From positions 248,001 to 312,000 of the IMG/VR virus record IMGVR_UViG_3300032770_000001: DNA of 64,000 nucleotides. One strand, written 5' to 3'. The notes beneath the pieces are model-generated. The model was not told the origin of the DNA. It saw nothing but the letters and a program-made list of their open reading frames with translations, and ran no database searches. Position numbers and translations under genes: made by a program. Positions 61,095-64,000 of the stretch are shown piece by piece (position 1 is the first letter of the stretch; every line of letters begins with the position of its first letter).

Positions 61095-61697
61095 ATGGCA
61101 AATGAAAAAATGGAAGCATTCTGGAAAGCCAACCCGAAGCTGGCTGCTGAGGTTGAGGAGTTGAGAAAGAAGCCGGACAACGAGATCGATTTGTCCGACA
61201 TTCCGGAGATCACGGACTGGTCGGGTGCCGTGGTCGGCAAGTTCTATCGCCCGAAGCGGAAACTCTTCGTCTCGTTCACCGCCCTGCTCCGTCACTTGAA
61301 AGACGGCAACGTCATTCAGAACGACCTGAATCGTGGGCTGTTCTATTTCGGCTGCACGCGCAGCTACGTGTTTGACGACATCCAGCCGAAGGAAGTCGAA
61401 TGGTTCTTCCGCGACGACATGGAGGCGGGAGCCGCCGCCCTAGCTCAGGTGCGGGGTGCCATCGTCTTGGCTGAGGCTGAGGGTCGCTGCATCTGGCGTG
61501 AAGCACATGAGATGAATAGCTACGAGGCTCTGAACGACCTGCTGGTCAAGAGCGGCTATTCGTACAACCGTCACGGCGGTCCGGCGATTGTGTTCGAGAA
61601 CGATAACCGCACCGAAAACCCGTCGTATGCGTATTGCTATCCCGGCGTCCGCGACCGCATCGCGGAAGCGGCAATCCCGCTGGAAGTGGTGATGTGA
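61095..61697 (+). CDS. hypothetical protein with BrnA-antitoxin-like N-terminus
   Basis: DNEIDLSDIPEITDWSGAVVGKFYRP. Confidence 0.55.
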   Translation: MANEKMEAFWKANPKLAAEVEELRKKPDNEIDLSDIPEITDWSGAVVGKFYRPKRKLFVSFTALLRHLKDGNVIQNDLNRGLFYFGCTRSYVFDDIQPKEVEWFFRDDMEAGAAALAQVRGAIVLAEAEGRCIWREAHEMNSYEALNDLLVKSGYSYNRHGGPAIVFENDNRTENPSYAYCYPGVRDRIAEAAIPLEVVM

Positions 61698-62880
61698 TGC
61701 CGCCGCTCATGCGCAGGTTCATAGATCGTCTGAGGCTTTCGTTCAGCAACAACCAGCTTCCCCCGGCTCAACCGGATTTCGTGGGAACTCCCGGCGATGT
61801 GTTAAAATCGAGGCTGCTGGAGATAGGAGCGATATGCGAGAAGCAGGAGACGAAATAATCGGACGTGTAGTTCGAGTCGAACGATGTTCAGCACGAGAGC
61901 ACGGCGATCACGATGCCTGCGTGTGCAAATTCATCGGCGAAAATGTTCTTGTCGGTAGGAAGATCGAAAGTGCGTTCATCGGCCTGCCGAGCTACTACAT
62001 TCAGGGCACCAGCTTCCGAATTCGCCGCAATGAAGTGAAGTTGCTCAAGAACCAGAAAACCAAGACCGCTTTCGAACAACCACGTCTCGGTCAGAAGGTG
62101 TATTTCAGCAGCATTGCGCACGGCAAGGGCGCACGCCGCGACACCATCTATGCATTGGTAAATGAGGCCGACACCGGGGAATTGACTTTGAGCGCCACGC
62201 TGGACGATTGCCTGTTGAGAATCAATGAGCGTGGTTGGGTGATCGTAGATCGCCCGAAAAGTTTGTCGTAGCGTTCTTGCCAAGAACGTTCCCTCCGAAC
62301 CAATGTGATTTTGAGCGATAACGTTTCGCCACGTTGGACTACGACAAGGGGCAGGTTGCCAAACCTGCCCCAACAGTTTAGGATAAAGTCATGTTGAAGA
62401 AGCTATCGGTAGCAGCGCAGGAATCGCAGTTCGAACAAACCCTCACCGACTACTGGAGGAAATTCGGTATCGGCACGGACACGATGGGCATTGGACATTG
62501 CTCGTTTTGCGGCAACCGGGGCATCATCGATTCACGCAGCATCACGACACCAGCCGGACAAGTTTGCGGTCGTCTGAACTGGTGCATCTGCCCCAACGGA
62601 CAGACCATGCGGCGTCAGACCAAGCAGATGTTCCCGGACGAAGCACAGTGGGATCGAGCGAGGTAGCATGGGTTGGCCTACAGGCTTTCAGTTTTCGATG
62701 GCACCGTGGGGATACACGATCATCATCGACCGGGTGCCGGACACGTCAATGGGAAGTGTGCGATACAAGTGCCACTACGACCGCTGCACTCAGGATTTCA
62801 TTTTCCCGTTGGATAGCTCTCAAGAGTCGGCGCAGCAAGTCATGCGGAAACACGTAGACGAGAAACACTGAGGAGGCTCC

Positions 62881-63393
62881 ATGCAGGGTGAAGAGAAGCG
62901 CATCTACGTAGTCGTAGCCAACACGGTCCAGCATCCCCTATTCGAGGGACGCCGAGGCGAGGACACGCGCACTATTGTGCAGGTTCCCGGTCGGCAGATT
63001 GCTCAGGCGTGCCACGCCGTTCGCCGCATGGGGCACTACATGGTCATCCGTGCGGTTCTCGGTCTGTTCGAGGATATTCGGGGCGGCAAGTTCCGCAACT
63101 TGAAGAATCGTCTTGACACCATCCGGGCGACCATCGCCCATGAATTGCATTACGAGCCCATCACGACTATCGTGCTCTCATGCCGCGACAGTTTCGAACT
63201 GGAGCACGTCTACGATCTGCTTCGGATCGCGGGTGTGGACGTTTTCATGTTCTTCGACACCAACCCGGCTGTTTACGGCGAGGGCGAGGTTCGCACCGCG
63301 TTCGCCACAGACCCGATTGATCCCTCCAAGACGGTGGGAGTCATCGATTATCTCCCTCTATGGAGCCCGGAAGTGACTGGAAACAAAGGGTAA
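62881..63393 (+). CDS. peptidyl-tRNA hydrolase PTH2-like protein
   Basis: IYVVV...GRQIAQACHA...TIVL...FFD...TAFATDP...YLPL. Confidence 0.7.
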   Translation: MQGEEKRIYVVVANTVQHPLFEGRRGEDTRTIVQVPGRQIAQACHAVRRMGHYMVIRAVLGLFEDIRGGKFRNLKNRLDTIRATIAHELHYEPITTIVLSCRDSFELEHVYDLLRIAGVDVFMFFDTNPAVYGEGEVRTAFATDPIDPSKTVGVIDYLPLWSPEVTGNKG

Positions 63394-63409
63394 ACAGGCT
63401 CAAAAATCC

Positions 63410-63439
63410 TACCTTTTTCGACTCGTTGACTGGTAGAAT
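63410..63439 (+). promoter_or_regulatory. phage promoter (leaderless)
   Basis: TACCTT-N18-TAGAAT; ATG 6 nt downstream. Confidence 0.65.
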
Positions 63440-63445
63440 GTAGGC

Positions 63446-63766
63446 ATGGACAACAGCGTACCGCAAACGATTCTCCAGCAGTTAGGCGGCAGCCGCTTTC
63501 GCACCATGACCGGGGCGCACAGCTTCACCGCTGACGGCAACAGCTTGATCTTCAAACTGCCCCGCACGTCCAACAAAAAGCGCATCGCTGGCGTCAAGAT
63601 CACCCTGACGCCGCAAGACGAGTACGACATGGAGTTCTTCGCGTTCCGTGGTTCGCTGTCGAAGGGCAACTACCGCTGCGAGACAGTCGCCAAGCACGAT
63701 GGTATCTATTGCGACATGTTGCAGGACATCTTCACGCAGGAGACCGGGCTGGACACCCACCTATAA
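63446..63766 (+). CDS. conserved phage hypothetical protein
   Basis: TILQQLGGSRFRTMTGA...DEYDMEF...IYCDMLQDIFTQETGL. Confidence 0.75.
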   Translation: MDNSVPQTILQQLGGSRFRTMTGAHSFTADGNSLIFKLPRTSNKKRIAGVKITLTPQDEYDMEFFAFRGSLSKGNYRCETVAKHDGIYCDMLQDIFTQETGLDTHL

Positions 63767-64000
63767 ACATGACTGGACGACTCCAACTCGAATTAGATCG
63801 CGAGACACAGCGGCACGAGAAAAAGGTCGCTGAACTGGCAAACCGTTGCCTGCAAGACTTCAAGGACGAATGGAAGCAGGGCAGCAAGGTGCGGCTGACC
63901 TTCGGCATGGGCGACGTGCTGGTCGAGGTCAACAACCTTCCGGTAGACGAAGAGGACTATCCGGAGATCGAGCAAGTCATCATGGACGTGTGCGAGATCA

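Noticed and set aside
1-64000. Alternative genetic code (stop-codon reassignment)
   Set aside because: Known genes are full length in the standard code and end in TAA, TGA and TAG.
1-64000. CRISPR array, rRNA, integrase or transposase
   Set aside because: No regularly spaced direct repeats or matching motifs were seen by eye.

Overview
This window is a 64-kb segment of a large (jumbo-type) phage genome. Genes are densely packed and essentially all on the + strand; the signal-peptide style of several secreted proteins tentatively suggests an Acidobacteriota-like host (inference). Recognisable genes cover nucleotide metabolism (ThyX, dCMP deaminase, MazG-like, DUF5664), tRNA/translation maintenance (Thg1-like, nucleotidyltransferase, PTH2-like, methionine aminopeptidase, RelA/SpoT-type HD hydrolase), NAD-dependent DNA ligase, Ku, rIIA/rIIB, an ADP-ribosylglycohydrolase and several HNH/GIY-YIG nucleases. 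There are 22 intact tRNA genes and one pseudo-tRNA in two arrays. Main finding: each array starts with a TTGACA promoter, a short leader peptide and mutually exclusive protector/antiterminator/terminator hairpins, and the leader codons match the tRNAs downstream. Leader 1 (MVRIHALSSSSSSSRSGSGGVGVCL) carries ATA, TTA and five different Ser codons and precedes 4x Ser, Leu-UAA and Ile-UAU. Leader 2 (...KSSRKHQRRNNRW...) precedes Trp, Gln, His, Arg, Asn and Lys tRNAs. This looks like ribosome-mediated attenuation that would switch on phage tRNA supply when the matching charged tRNAs run short. Other oddities: a circularly permuted (YrlA-like) tRNA mimic, structurally aberrant tRNAs, a Tat-signal-fused capsid-protein paralogue, ORFs that stop inside tRNA genes, and a fixed-spacing promoter class. 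All calls were made by eye; no database searches were run. Many short hypothetical ORFs are not listed individually.
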